A stretch of 64,000 nucleotides of DNA from Archaeoglobaceae archaeon. GTDB taxonomy: Archaea; Halobacteriota; Archaeoglobi; Archaeoglobales; Archaeoglobaceae. This document shows, one piece after another, positions 48,661-59,294 of the stretch. Below the pieces are notes generated by a model that saw only the letters and a list, made by a program, of their open reading frames with translations, did no database searches and was not told where the DNA came from. The position numbers were made by a program, and so were the translations under genes. The stretch's first letter is position 1. Each line of letters opens with the position of its first letter. The DNA lies in assembly GCA_038893835.1 (NCBI GenBank), contig JAWAQR010000003.1, positions 1 to 64,000 of the forward strand, given 5' to 3'.

Positions 48661-49612
48661 GAACAAAGCAAAGTGCTGCGATTAAGTAGCAGAAAATTCC
48701 AAGCAATATTCCTTTCGAATCAAGTCTTTCGTCATTCAATAACTTTGGATGCTTCATGGTTGAAAAGAACAGCAAGATTATACCCCAGAATAGCCATATT
48801 TCTCCAAAGAAAAACCCTAGTATAATTAAGAATGGCGGAACACTCTTAGATACAATTTCACTCCTTTCTCCAAACAAAGCTCTCGCTACATGTCCTCCAT
48901 CGAGCTGTCCAACTGGAAGAAGGTTGAAGAATGTAAGAAGGAACCCTACCCATCCTGCAAAGGCTATTGGATGCAAAACTTGGCCTTTGAACCCAGTTAG
49001 ATTTATCAAAAGCTCAAAGATTAAAGGTGTTCCGAGCATGATTTCTCCTCCCTTTAACTCCACTTCATATGCAATTCCAAGACCTAGGATGCTTACGATG
49101 ATTGAGGTGAAGAAACCAGTTATTGGCCCACTTGCACCAACTTCGATCAGAGCCTTCCTACTTGGTATAGCCCCTCTTTGCTTTATCACTGCCCCAAGGG
49201 TTCCAATGATGGTTGGAAAGGGTATGAAATATGGTAGGGATACTCTCATTCTCCATTTCCTTGCAACTAAATAGTGAGCAATTTCATGACTGCCGAAGAT
49301 TGAAAGAATTGCCAAAGAAAATAGAAGACCTCCAAGGATATTTGGCTCTTGATAAAGCAGGGAGCCAAAAAAGGTTGTGCTGACAAAAGTTGCTATGAAT
49401 AAGGCTAAGTTTATCCATTTCCTTTCTCTGATCCTCTTTATTTCCAGCACAAGCTCTCCATATCTCTGCTTTAAAGACACATCGTAGTTTAAGGAGAGTT
49501 CTGTAAGAAAATCCACTATTTCCCTTTCACTTTTCCTTGGGACGACATAATATCTCATTCCATCCTTTATCCTTTCGCTGTGGTAGATGTAAAAGTGATC
49601 TTCAAGCTTCAT
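48641..49612 (-). CDS. Site-2 protease (M50)
   Basis: HEIAH, ASGP, NLLPVGQLDGGH. Confidence 0.92.
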   Translation of the reverse strand: MKLEDHFYIYHSERIKDGMRYYVVPRKSEREIVDFLTELSLNYDVSLKQRYGELVLEIKRIRERKWINLALFIATFVSTTFFGSLLYQEPNILGGLLFSLAILSIFGSHEIAHYLVARKWRMRVSLPYFIPFPTIIGTLGAVIKQRGAIPSRKALIEVGASGPITGFFTSIIVSILGLGIAYEVELKGGEIMLGTPLIFELLINLTGFKGQVLHPIAFAGWVGFLLTFFNLLPVGQLDGGHVARALFGERSEIVSKSVPPFLIILGFFFGEIWLFWGIILLFFSTMKHPKLLNDERLDSKGILLGIFCYLIAALCFVPRPFYF

Positions 49613-50003
49613 ATATTTCCACGTATCCATCCACTGCGTTCACAAAAACTCTATCTCCAGTCTTAATTTTTGAGAAAAACTCTTCCTCAATCAAATCGAC
49701 GAGTGGAATCTCTGCTATTATTGCTCCTATTGCTATAATTGCTTCACTTTCCCGATTTATTATCGCCTTTGGGGCTAAACCCTTCTTTTTCAGTCTGAGG
49801 AGTATATAGCTACCAACTGTAGAACCTCGACCAAATGGAAAGATGAGCACCTTATCTGCAACGCTAAATCCACGTAACTTTCCAACTGTGAAAACTCCAT
49901 TTTCATCTATATCTCCAAGAAGGGAAACGGGATCTTCGGAAACTAAGGCCTCTCCTTCAGCTATTCCTGGATTTATAATCCTGCATCCATATCTTTTAGC
50001 CAC
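49602..50003 (-). CDS. Aconitase X swivel subunit (DUF126; phosphomevalonate dehydratase small subunit)
   Basis: GEALVS, PFGRGSTVGSY, APKAII, GAIIAEIP. Confidence 0.88.
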   Translation of the reverse strand: MAKRYGCRIINPGIAEGEALVSEDPVSLLGDIDENGVFTVGKLRGFSVADKVLIFPFGRGSTVGSYILLRLKKKGLAPKAIINRESEAIIAIGAIIAEIPLVDLIEEEFFSKIKTGDRVFVNAVDGYVEIYEA

Positions 50004-50031
50004 AAAACAAATTGAAAAGGGTATTTAAAAA

Positions 50032-50172
50032 TTATATCGCAGGAACCCTTTTCTTTTTTGCAGGAGGTCTTGGCTTTCTCAAAATTCTGTTTCCGCACAT
50101 CGTACACTGGACTCTACTTTTATCAGGATCTATATCCACTTCAGCTCCGCAGATCATGCAGATGTAACTCAT
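50032..50172 (-). CDS. rpoP: RNA polymerase subunit P (Rpo12)
   Basis: YICMICG...CTMCGNRIL.KPRP; follows rpl37ae. Confidence 0.92.
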   Translation of the reverse strand: MSYICMICGAEVDIDPDKSRVQCTMCGNRILRKPRPPAKKKRVPAI

Positions 50173-50417
50173 ACTTCCTTCTCCATTATCTTTACAGCCG
50201 TAGTTGATGGAATATAACAACCTCCAGCAAACTTATAGCCACAGCTCCTGCATTGCCATATGCCACTACCAATCCTTTTCACAGCTTTTTTACCGCATTT
50301 CCTGCAAACGTATTTCTGCCTCTGCGGTATATCTATTTCAAGCCATTTTCTGCGAACGCTCAACCCGAATCCTGCTCTGAATTTTGCTGCTTGTCTAACT
50401 TTCTTTTTTCTTGCCAT
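50169..50417 (-). CDS. rpl37ae: 50S ribosomal protein L37Ae
   Basis: CRKC...VKRIGSGIWQCRSC...FAGG.Y. Confidence 0.95.
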   Translation of the reverse strand: MARKKKVRQAAKFRAGFGLSVRRKWLEIDIPQRQKYVCRKCGKKAVKRIGSGIWQCRSCGYKFAGGCYIPSTTAVKIMEKEV

Positions 50418-50505
50418 GAATTTTAAAAACTCATAGGGCTTTTAATATTTTCGCTTGGAAATTTGGCACGATATCTTTTTTTACCTGAGCATCGTGAAAG
50501 AATCG

Positions 50506-51462
50506 ATGGAAGATTTCGAGATATGGGTTGAAAAGTATAGACCTAAGACTCTGGATGAAGTGGTTGGTCAGGATGCTATAATAAAAAGATTAAAAAGCTA
50601 TGTGGAGAAGAAAAATATACCTCATATGCTCTTCTCCGGCCCTCCAGGCACTGGAAAAACGGCTACAGCTATAGCTTTAACGAGGGATTTATTTGGAGAA
50701 GTTTGGAGGGACAACTTCATTGAAATGAATGCAAGCGATGAGAGAGGAATAGATGTTGTAAGGCACAAGATAAAGGAATTTGCAAGAACTGCGCCGATTT
50801 CAGCACCCTTTAAAATAATATTTCTCGATGAAGCTGATGCTTTAACAGCAGATGCTCAGGCAGCGCTTAGAAGGACTATGGAGATGTTTTCGAAGAGTTG
50901 CAGATTCATACTTAGTTGCAACTACGTTAGCAGGATCATAGAGCCGATTCAGAGTAGGTGTGCCCTTTTTAGATTTAAACCGGTTCCAAAGGAAGCGATG
51001 AAGAAAAGACTGCTGGAGATATGTGAGAAAGAGAATGTAAGGATAACCGAAGATGGCATTGAAGCCATTCTCTATATCGCTGGAGGAGACTTCAGAAAGG
51101 CTATAAACGTATTACAGGCAGCGGCTGCAGTTGGAGAGGTGATAGATGCTGAGAAAATATATCAGGTGAGCGCAACTGCGCAGCCGAAGGAGATAGCGGA
51201 GATAATAAATGATGCATTGAAGGGAAACTTCATCGAAGCGAGAGAAAAGCTTGCAAAGATAATGGTTGAATACGGTATGAGTGGAGAAGATGTCATATCT
51301 CAGTTCTTTAGGGAAATAATTTCCTCAAACATGAACGAGAAACTAAAGGTAGTTTTAATCGATAAACTTGGGGAAATAGATTTTAGATTGACTGAAGGGG
51401 CTAATGAAAGAATTCAGCTCGACGCCTTCTTGGCTTATGTTTCAACAATTGCAAAGAAGTGA
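50506..51462 (+). CDS. rfcS: Replication factor C small subunit (no intein)
   Basis: WVEKYRP, GPPGTGKT, NASDERGI, DEAD, IQSRC. Confidence 0.96.
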   Translation: MEDFEIWVEKYRPKTLDEVVGQDAIIKRLKSYVEKKNIPHMLFSGPPGTGKTATAIALTRDLFGEVWRDNFIEMNASDERGIDVVRHKIKEFARTAPISAPFKIIFLDEADALTADAQAALRRTMEMFSKSCRFILSCNYVSRIIEPIQSRCALFRFKPVPKEAMKKRLLEICEKENVRITEDGIEAILYIAGGDFRKAINVLQAAAAVGEVIDAEKIYQVSATAQPKEIAEIINDALKGNFIEAREKLAKIMVEYGMSGEDVISQFFREIISSNMNEKLKVVLIDKLGEIDFRLTEGANERIQLDAFLAYVSTIAKK

Positions 51463-52024
51463 TTGGGAATGGTATAGGAATAAAAAAATTGAAGGCTATA
51501 AAAATGCGTTGAGAAAAGGAGAGATTGACGAGGACCTAATCGCACTCCTTGAAAAGATAAATTCGATAGAAAGCTATGTTACGCTTTCCAGTTGCAGCGG
51601 AAGGATTGCAGTCGTGGATCTCGATGAATTTGGTGAAAAATTGAATTCGGAATTCCTTGGAAAGTGGCATAGACCCGTAAGCTTTGAGGAAGTTCTTTCT
51701 GCAATTTTAAAAGCAAAGAGGGAGACTTGGCTAATACAGTATCCTCCAATAATCCATGTGGCATGTAAAGATTTAAATTCTGCAAGGAATCTATTGAACT
51801 TGGCCAACAACTCAGGCTTCAGGAGGAGTGGAATAATTTCGCTAGAAAATATCGTTGTTGAAATTGCCTCTCTTGAAAGATTGGAATTGCCTGTTGCGCT
51901 TAAGGGTGAAATTCTGCTCGACATGGATTATTTACGGATCGCAGTATCTTTTGCGAATAAAAAGCTGGAAAAAGGAAAGGAAAAGCTTAAAAGGCTTGAA
52001 AGAGCCTTATCTTCTTGTAAATAA
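51437..52024 (+). CDS. taw3: tRNA wyosine methyltransferase Taw3
   Basis: ID..L..L.EKIN, TLSSCSGRI, KWH, PPIIHV, SGFR.SG; start uncertain. Confidence 0.88.
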   Translation: MFQQLQRSDWEWYRNKKIEGYKNALRKGEIDEDLIALLEKINSIESYVTLSSCSGRIAVVDLDEFGEKLNSEFLGKWHRPVSFEEVLSAILKAKRETWLIQYPPIIHVACKDLNSARNLLNLANNSGFRRSGIISLENIVVEIASLERLELPVALKGEILLDMDYLRIAVSFANKKLEKGKEKLKRLERALSSCK

Positions 52025-53038
52025 AAGTCCTATTGCGGAGATGAAGAGAGCAGCAAAGACAACTGCTGCAAATCTGTAAATCGAATCCCTGACCTCTGGG
52101 CTTATTATATATCCACTCATACCCCAGATTATGAGACCCATTGAAATCGCGATGAAAGCGGAGGTGAAGTATTTTCCAACTTTCTTACCTTCGCTGAACG
52201 CATCAATGGCTCTTGCAATTGCTATGGCCACCATTGACAATGTAATCCAGCCTATGCTGAAAAATATGAAGTTCGCAATGGCTAAATGTGGAATTGTATG
52301 AGCAATGGAGGCGTTAAAGCCTGTTGAGATTCCTATCAGCAGAAGCATCCCTGCGCCAAGGTAAAAGATGAAGGAAAGCCTTCCTTCACTTGCACTCCTC
52401 TTTACTGCACTCATAAATTCGGAAATAACTTTGTCAAGTCCATAAGCCTTTACAACAAAATAAAGTCCGAGAAAAAGGATAATTCCTCCAATTCCCCATT
52501 CTGGATGTTGCATTAGCAGAAATATTGAATAGACTAGGAACATTATTCCCAATGGAGCCAGCGTTACTCTTGCAACTTTAGGCTCGTTGAACATTCTTTT
52601 TAGCAGGAAATATGTGCCTTCGAGCGTTTTACTCTGCCTCACGACAACTCTGTGAAGAGCATCTACTTTAAATCTCGAGTAGATCAGGGGTAGAACAAAC
52701 TCATCCTCGGATCCATCAGTAACAACAATTACGCTTCTTGGATCGAACTTCATTTGAATCGCATCAAGTTGTTCAGCTATTTTGCTATCCGAAATTTTTC
52801 CAACGTTCTTATTTCCCGTAACGACCACGACTTCACAATCCTCTCCTTTTTCCACAAGCTCGTCGTATATTTTTATGGCTGAAAACATCGTATTCGCATC
52901 AGAATCTTCTGGATCTGCTAGTATTAGCCTAATTGCGGCTTGTAGAACATTCTCTCTTCCAATAACTGGGGAAGAAATTCCGGTTTTTTGTCCAAGATCG
53001 TCGTCTCTATCTATCGTTAATACGAGCTTTTTGACCAC
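52007..53038 (-). CDS. DUF373 family membrane protein
   Basis: LVLTIDRDDDLG, DPEDSDAN, TDGSEDE, VVRQS. Confidence 0.88.
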   Translation of the reverse strand: MVKKLVLTIDRDDDLGQKTGISSPVIGRENVLQAAIRLILADPEDSDANTMFSAIKIYDELVEKGEDCEVVVVTGNKNVGKISDSKIAEQLDAIQMKFDPRSVIVVTDGSEDEFVLPLIYSRFKVDALHRVVVRQSKTLEGTYFLLKRMFNEPKVARVTLAPLGIMFLVYSIFLLMQHPEWGIGGIILFLGLYFVVKAYGLDKVISEFMSAVKRSASEGRLSFIFYLGAGMLLLIGISTGFNASIAHTIPHLAIANFIFFSIGWITLSMVAIAIARAIDAFSEGKKVGKYFTSAFIAISMGLIIWGMSGYIISPEVRDSIYRFAAVVFAALFISAIGLLFTRR

Positions 53039-53067
53039 AAAGGAGTTTGGCAAAAAAATATATAAAA

Positions 53068-54219
53068 CTATCTCATTTTCCCAAAAATTTCTCTGGAAAT
53101 AGTGTTAAGCTGAATCTCTTTTGTCCCCTCGTAGATCTCAGTGATTTTCGCATCTCTGAAGAATCTTTCAACCTCGTATTCTGCAACGTATCCATAGCCA
53201 CCGTGCAGCTGTACAGCTTCATCGCATACTTTTACAGCTAGTTTTCCTGCAAGGTATTTTGCCATAGAAGTAAGGGCGGGATTTATTTTTTTGTTATCCC
53301 AATTCCATGCTGCGCAGTAAACCAATAATCTAACTGCCTCAATTTGTGCCTTCAAATCTGCAATTCTATGCTGTAATGCTTGAAAAGCTCCAATTGGCTG
53401 CCCAAATTGCTTTCTCTGTTTCATGTAATTCACAGTTCTATCAAAAGCTCCTTGGGCTATGCCGAGAGCTTGTGCAGCGATCTCAATTCTACTCTCGTTG
53501 AAGAATTCAAGAACCTGGTAGAACCCTCTGTTTAGCTGACCTATTATTGCTGAATCATCTACTCTCACATCCTTGAAGGAAACTTCTCCAGTTGGAGAGG
53601 CTCTTATTCCCATTTTACCCTTTATCGGATTTATTTTTATCCCATCTAGTTTTTTGTTGAGCAAAAAAGTCGTGAAACCTCTATATCTTGGCTGCGTCTC
53701 CTCTGTTACGGCAAGGACGATGAAGTAGTCTGCAATCGGAGCATTGGTTATGAACGTTTTTGTTCCATTTATAACCCATTCATCCCCATCTCTGACAGCT
53801 CTTGTCCTTATCGCTGTCAAATCGCTTCCAGCTTCAGGTTCTGTGTAGCAACCAGCTGTGATCGCTTTACCCTTTGCAACCTTTGGTAAGACCTCCTTTT
53901 TTTGCTCTTCACTGCCATAAAGTAGGATGAGCTCGGAGGAAAAGTCTGAAAGTATTATGGCACTCCCTATGGTGCTGTCAGCTCTACAGAATTCCTCTGC
54001 GATTAGCGTGTTTTCTAGACAACCCATTCCGGCACCACCGTATTCTTCGGGGAAATGTATTCCTATGAAACCAAGATCGCAAGCCTTTTTCCAAATTTCA
54101 AACGGAAATTCCTCCTTCTTATCGTATTCCTCTGCCTTCTCCTTTAGAAACTCTTTCGTTGCAAACTCTCTTGCAGCCTTTTTAATGTCCTCCTGTTCCT
54201 GCGTGAGCTCGAAGTTCAT
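53068..54219 (-). CDS. Acyl-CoA dehydrogenase
   Basis: TEPEAGSD, INGTKTFITN, KMGIR, RKQFG.PI..FQ, HGGYGY, IYEGT. Confidence 0.95.
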   Translation of the reverse strand: MNFELTQEQEDIKKAAREFATKEFLKEKAEEYDKKEEFPFEIWKKACDLGFIGIHFPEEYGGAGMGCLENTLIAEEFCRADSTIGSAIILSDFSSELILLYGSEEQKKEVLPKVAKGKAITAGCYTEPEAGSDLTAIRTRAVRDGDEWVINGTKTFITNAPIADYFIVLAVTEETQPRYRGFTTFLLNKKLDGIKINPIKGKMGIRASPTGEVSFKDVRVDDSAIIGQLNRGFYQVLEFFNESRIEIAAQALGIAQGAFDRTVNYMKQRKQFGQPIGAFQALQHRIADLKAQIEAVRLLVYCAAWNWDNKKINPALTSMAKYLAGKLAVKVCDEAVQLHGGYGYVAEYEVERFFRDAKITEIYEGTKEIQLNTISREIFGKMR

Positions 54220-54310
54220 GAAAAATATTAACCCAACACGTTTAACTATTTTTCTATTTTCACCGCAATGCATGAAAAATTTAAAAGCTGATGAGACTTG
54301 GTTTCATCGT

Positions 54311-54967
54311 ATGAAGATTGCAATTCTCGGCGGGACTGGGAATCTTGGCATCGGTTTATCGTTGAGATTCGCAATTCTCGGTTATGATGTTATAGTCGGC
54401 TCCAGGGATGAAAAAAAGGCAAAAACTAAGGCTGAGGAATATTCCAAAATTCTTTTTGAACACGGTTATACTGGTAAGATAACTGGAATGGTCAACTCAT
54501 ATGCTGCAAAGCAATGCGATTTAGCAGTAATTACCGTGCCATACGAGCAGGCTTTTAAACTTGCGGAAAATCTAAAGGTTGAACTGGCTGGGAAGGTAGT
54601 TGTATCACCCTTAGTTCCAATGAAAAGGGAAGGAAGAACCTTCAGGTACATTGACATCCCAGAAGGATCTGCTGCTGAAAAGATTGCGAAGATACTGGAG
54701 AAGAGCAAGATAGTTTCAGCTTATCATAACATTCCTGCAGAAAGATTTGCAGATCTGAGTTCTAGTTTCGACTGGGATGTTTTGGTTTGTGGAGATGATT
54801 TTGAAGCAAAAGAAAAGATAATTAGAATTACAAACGAGATAAGAGGGCTGAGAGCTTTGGATTGCGGAGATTTGAGGAACTCAAAATTGATAGAGAGCCT
54901 TACGGTTTTAATTCTAAATATAATGGTGACTAACAAGATGGAAGAATTGGGGATTAAATTCTGCTAA
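54311..54967 (+). CDS. fno: F420H2:NADP+ oxidoreductase
   Basis: GGTGNLG.GL, GSR, SPLVP, GSAAE, SAYHNIPA, IESLT. Confidence 0.92.
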   Translation: MKIAILGGTGNLGIGLSLRFAILGYDVIVGSRDEKKAKTKAEEYSKILFEHGYTGKITGMVNSYAAKQCDLAVITVPYEQAFKLAENLKVELAGKVVVSPLVPMKREGRTFRYIDIPEGSAAEKIAKILEKSKIVSAYHNIPAERFADLSSSFDWDVLVCGDDFEAKEKIIRITNEIRGLRALDCGDLRNSKLIESLTVLILNIMVTNKMEELGIKFC

Positions 54968-54988
54968 AATGCCATAAAAAGCTGAAAG

Positions 54989-55071
54989 TGCGGGGGGAGG
55001 GATTTGAACCCTCGAACCCCTACGGGACTGGCCCCTCAAGCCAGCGCCTTTGGCCACTCGGCAACCCCCGC
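54989..55071 (-). tRNA. tRNA-Leu(GAG)
   Basis: Reverse complement reads GCGGGGGTTGCCGAG...CTGGC-TTGAGGG-GCCAG, variable arm, GGTTCAAATCC. Confidence 0.96.
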
Positions 55072-55134
55072 GATGATTTATTGCTCAATCGGATTTATGA
55101 ATCTTGTGGTATCAAGATTTAAAAAATTATAAAA

Positions 55135-55656
55135 TTATAATTCAGAAATTATTTCATCTAGCAAGGCCAAATATTCTTCTTCTTTCCTCCAGAGATTTCC
55201 GAAGCTCATCGCAGCGTTTGGATGATAATAGCGATCAATTGCAATTGCCCTAATATGTGGAGCAAAATTCTTTATCGCTGCAAGCATTTGCGAGCCATGG
55301 TAATAAACGCTGCCCAAGAGTAGCAGTAGGTCGTAATTTCCTTTTCCATCAAAGCCCTTCCAGTTCGGATCTAGCAAAAATTGGGTTAACTCATGCAGCA
55401 CTGCATATTTTGCATCAATTCCTGCATTCTTAAGTTTGGTTATCGCATTTCCGGTTGCGACAATTGTTATACCTTTTTCTGCGAACTTCTTAACCCTTTC
55501 AATTATCGCTGGCGTTATGTCAGGTCCAACTATTAGCAAGGGATGCTTAGCCTTCTTTATCGCCAAGGCCACAGGTTTTCCCTTTTCCAACAGCATCGCC
55601 ATCTTCGGTCCTGGAATGTTTGCAGCATCGAATGGGGTTTCAATAGTCCTTGGCAT
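55135..55656 (-). CDS. cdhB: Acetyl-CoA decarbonylase/synthase epsilon subunit
   Basis: [33 protein letters not shown]. Confidence 0.93.
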   Translation of the reverse strand: MPRTIETPFDAANIPGPKMAMLLEKGKPVALAIKKAKHPLLIVGPDITPAIIERVKKFAEKGITIVATGNAITKLKNAGIDAKYAVLHELTQFLLDPNWKGFDGKGNYDLLLLLGSVYYHGSQMLAAIKNFAPHIRAIAIDRYYHPNAAMSFGNLWRKEEEYLALLDEIISEL

Positions 55657-55665
55657 AATATCACC

Positions 55666-58068
55666 TCACTTCTTAGCAACGCTTGAGAATCCTTCTTTAA
55701 ACAGCCTTTCGACACAAGTCGGATTGAAGCCAGCATGATACGGTCTTATTGGCCCCTCTATAATCTTCTTCCTGCTCCAGTCTATCTTCCAGCCATGTTT
55801 ATCTTCCAGTATCTTTAGCAACTCTTCTCTCTTGGCCAATGGTAAGTCGCTTTCAGTTCTAACATAAAGATGCCAGTCATCTGGCATTCTGCCTAGGTAC
55901 TTTAGGCTTAGATCTATGTAATGCGTCAACTTTATCGCCCTTCCTCTATCTGTGTCGTTGGGACGGAAGCAGAGCTTTGCAATCAGCGGAATTGCCTCCT
56001 CAATCGTTTCCGCAACGACTAACAAGTCCTGAGGAGCGGGCTCTATTCTGACTCTTTGCTTACTTCTGACATCGTAAACCATCCAGTCCTCTTCGTTGTA
56101 TGGTCTTCCAAGGTATGCTCTGCGATATTTGCTTCCGTGAGGTCCAACTACTACTGGAATTCCTAGTCTGTTAACTCCAGTAGCTATGCTGGCCGCCTTT
56201 TGACTATATGCTCCCCAAGCAACTCCACAGGCACCAACTCTGTTTAGTATGTAATCTGCAATTTCTTCAAAGTTCGCCCTTATGTTTCTCATCGCAAATA
56301 TCCTTGCCACTTTTATAGCAGCACCATGGATATGGGCATTGCTTATACAGCTCCCTAGATTAGCAACGCAACCTCCATCGAAGTCATCTCTGTATTTTTC
56401 ATATACAGTCTTCCCTTCTTCATCCTTGTAAAGCCCAGCATCCATTGCCATGCATCCAGTTGTAACGACTATGTAGTTTCTTGAAGCAAACTCGTTCATT
56501 ATCGTGTAAGCATCTTTGGTACCATTTGGATAGTTGCTACAACCAACCACTGCGATAACTCCGGGAATCGTTCCAAGCACTATTGGAGCTCCAACATTTC
56601 GAATTTCTGAATCCCTTACAGGCCCTCTACCCCTTCTAACCTTTCCCTTCTCGTTTATTATTCTATTCCATGCAGCATAATTGAAGACATCGATGATTGG
56701 AATCTTCTTTGGACAAACCTGTTCACATCTTCCGCAGGTTATGCAAACATCCCATTTCTCTTCAAGTTCCTTTCTATTTCCTTTTTCAGCAGCTTCCATA
56801 GCTTCTCCTATCCTTATCTTCTGTGGACATGAAATCGTGCAAGTTCCGCATTGAGTGCAGGCTTTTACATAGTTCATGAACTGCTCTTCTGTAAGCACTG
56901 GTTTTATCTCTCCTCTCTTCTTCCTCCTCGCTCTAGCAACTTCAACAGCTATCTCTCCAACCTTTAACGGATCTAGTACAACTACTCCAGGATTTCCATC
57001 GAGCAGATATCTGATCACTTCCTTTGGATCTTTTCTTGTCATATCTGGCAATGCATGCATAGCTTTTGCATTTGTGCAGATAACTGGAATTCCAAGTTTA
57101 CCTGCATGATACAAAATGTCAGCTCTTATGCATTGTTCATCTATGACTATGACATCTGCAAGACCTGCTCTAACCACTTTGAGTTGTCTGCCTAAAGAGC
57201 CCGCAATCTTCGCTTTTGGCCAGTATCTGCTTACATCATGGGCTGTACAGCATATTCCGGCGAGTTCAACTTCATCTCCAAGTTTGTTCTTTTCAATGTA
57301 ATCTGCTATATTAAAAGCTGGAGGAGCGTGGTGACCTATTACTAGAACTATTGCTTTATTTCTATCCAAAACACCCATTCCTATATCGATTAATGGCTGA
57401 TTGCTTTCACCCTTTGGCAGATTGAAGGCACATATCTGTGCGATGTCGGCGATTTCCTTACCTAGTGCATCCATCATTCCAAGATGCAGAGCTTTAGACT
57501 CATAATCCAAATAGCTTCCTTCCTGACCTGTATGGACTGAATCCATTACTTGAGTTATCTGCTCTTCAACATATCTAAGCGCTCTTTCTAAGTCAGCCAG
57601 TGTTTTCGGCTTTATTCCAGTGATCAGCTGTGTGAGTGGTGCAACTTCGGATATTTCAGGTCCAAGATCTACTGGAATCTCTTCAAGCTTTTTACCAGTT
57701 ACGTGCTCGATGTCATGAAGCATATGTCTTGCATGCCCAGTATGGCAGGCTGTACCGATTGCTACTGCAAGTGTAACAATCCTTGCCGTTTGCGCCTCTA
57801 AGTTTATCCCACATGCCCCTCTTTTGTTCTCTGTCAGATCGCACTTTCCCATTGTACAAAGGCAGCACATATCGCAGTATGGAGCATAGAATGGCTTATA
57901 GCGCTTTAGTAAAATGAAATCCCAATCTCGAAGCGTTTCAATCTGTGGAAAAGGTGTTGGACCCATTGGGGCCCACTCTTCCTCTTCTTCAACCACTTCT
58001 CCTATCCTTATACTGATGTTTCTGAGCTCATCTACAAATATGGTTCCTTTTCTCAACTCGAGAACCAT
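55666..58068 (-). CDS. cdhA: Acetyl-CoA decarbonylase/synthase (CO dehydrogenase) alpha subunit
   Basis: CDMCCLCTMGKCDL, GICCT, DEQCIR, two ferredoxin motifs, GSCISN. Confidence 0.97.
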   Translation of the reverse strand: MVLELRKGTIFVDELRNISIRIGEVVEEEEEWAPMGPTPFPQIETLRDWDFILLKRYKPFYAPYCDMCCLCTMGKCDLTENKRGACGINLEAQTARIVTLAVAIGTACHTGHARHMLHDIEHVTGKKLEEIPVDLGPEISEVAPLTQLITGIKPKTLADLERALRYVEEQITQVMDSVHTGQEGSYLDYESKALHLGMMDALGKEIADIAQICAFNLPKGESNQPLIDIGMGVLDRNKAIVLVIGHHAPPAFNIADYIEKNKLGDEVELAGICCTAHDVSRYWPKAKIAGSLGRQLKVVRAGLADVIVIDEQCIRADILYHAGKLGIPVICTNAKAMHALPDMTRKDPKEVIRYLLDGNPGVVVLDPLKVGEIAVEVARARRKKRGEIKPVLTEEQFMNYVKACTQCGTCTISCPQKIRIGEAMEAAEKGNRKELEEKWDVCITCGRCEQVCPKKIPIIDVFNYAAWNRIINEKGKVRRGRGPVRDSEIRNVGAPIVLGTIPGVIAVVGCSNYPNGTKDAYTIMNEFASRNYIVVTTGCMAMDAGLYKDEEGKTVYEKYRDDFDGGCVANLGSCISNAHIHGAAIKVARIFAMRNIRANFEEIADYILNRVGACGVAWGAYSQKAASIATGVNRLGIPVVVGPHGSKYRRAYLGRPYNEEDWMVYDVRSKQRVRIEPAPQDLLVVAETIEEAIPLIAKLCFRPNDTDRGRAIKLTHYIDLSLKYLGRMPDDWHLYVRTESDLPLAKREELLKILEDKHGWKIDWSRKKIIEGPIRPYHAGFNPTCVERLFKEGFSSVAKK

Positions 58069-58236
58069 TCGATCACCATTTTGTTCTCTTCAAACTCACA
58101 TATAAACTTTTTTAAAGTTAATATCAGGATTTTATGATAAAGAAAATATGAATATTTTTAAAATTTTTAATACCAAGTAATATAATTCAAAATTTTTTTC
58201 TGAATAAATTTTTAAAGAATAGCTAGACTTCAGATT

Positions 58237-58911
58237 ATGAAGTTGTTTTTCGTCCTAGACTTGAAGGATAAAATCGCCGTCTTGGCTGAAAGAGGTGAGA
58301 GGGAGAGGTATAAACCCATATCTGAAAAAAGTTTAGTGGTAAAATCTAGCGATCCAGTCGATGTGGTTAAAACGCTTAAACCGAGATTTCTTTACGTTGC
58401 GGATCTGGATAGAATACTTGGCCATGGAAACAATTTTCAGACAATTGAAGCCCTTTCGAATCTAGTTGAAGAACTCATTGCGGATTGCGGTTTTAGAAGT
58501 GTTGAAGAGCTGGAGAAAATTCGATTCAAACCAGTCCTTGGAACAGAAACTTTTGACATAACAAAGATCGACAGAAAGTGCTATGTTAGTCTGGATTTCA
58601 GAGATTCTTTTTTGGATGCCTCAGGAAAATTCAAAAGTTGGAAAGAAGCTGTTGATTTTCTGAATGGATTTGAACTTGAAGGGATAATAGTTTTAAACAT
58701 TCGCAGGATTGGATCATTGAGTCCCGATTTCGAATTGGTTTCGAAAGTTGTGAACGTTTCTGAGAATCCAGTCTTCCTTGGTGGTGGAGTCGGGAGTCTT
58801 TTTGATCTGGAAAGGTTGAGAGATATTGGCTGTGAAGGCGCTTTAATAGCTTCTGCAATTCATCTTAAAAAGCTTCCACTTGAATTGATTCAGAAAGGTT
58901 ATTTAAAATGA
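58237..58911 (+). CDS. HisA/HisF-related TIM-barrel protein (C1-cofactor-associated family)
   Basis: FVLDLK....AERGER..Y.P, YVADLD, ADCG, LGTET, GGGV. Confidence 0.8.
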   Translation: MKLFFVLDLKDKIAVLAERGERERYKPISEKSLVVKSSDPVDVVKTLKPRFLYVADLDRILGHGNNFQTIEALSNLVEELIADCGFRSVEELEKIRFKPVLGTETFDITKIDRKCYVSLDFRDSFLDASGKFKSWKEAVDFLNGFELEGIIVLNIRRIGSLSPDFELVSKVVNVSENPVFLGGGVGSLFDLERLRDIGCEGALIASAIHLKKLPLELIQKGYLK

Positions 58912-59294
58912 CTCAAACATCTCAATTTTTCTACTGAGATTTTAACAACTTTTGAATTCCCTGAAAGCTCAAGAGAGATTGCACGAATTTCATTTATTTC
59001 ACATCGCTCTCCAATTTTTACAAACTTTCCAAAAATTTCCTTCCCCTTACACCCATTCATTAAGATCACAGAGTTCGCTTCAATTCTTTTGAAGGTTGAA
59101 AAAGCTCCTAGCACAATTCTTTCAGCAATTGCATTCCTAAAACTACTCCCCTTTCCGATGAACAATTCCTTTCCCTTTAAATCTTCAAGCTTGCAGCCAA
59201 TTCCTACGAATATCGATCCATCGAAATCTATGTTTCCTTTGATTTCCGAAAAATTCTCTATCAGTATCACTCCTTTTTTCCTATCAACTTTCAT
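58899..59294 (-). CDS. Beta-helix repeat (bactofilin-like) hypothetical protein
   Basis: ~16-17-residue periodic I/V-x-I-G repeats. Confidence 0.5.
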   Translation of the reverse strand: MKVDRKKGVILIENFSEIKGNIDFDGSIFVGIGCKLEDLKGKELFIGKGSSFRNAIAERIVLGAFSTFKRIEANSVILMNGCKGKEIFGKFVKIGERCEINEIRAISLELSGNSKVVKISVEKLRCLSHFK

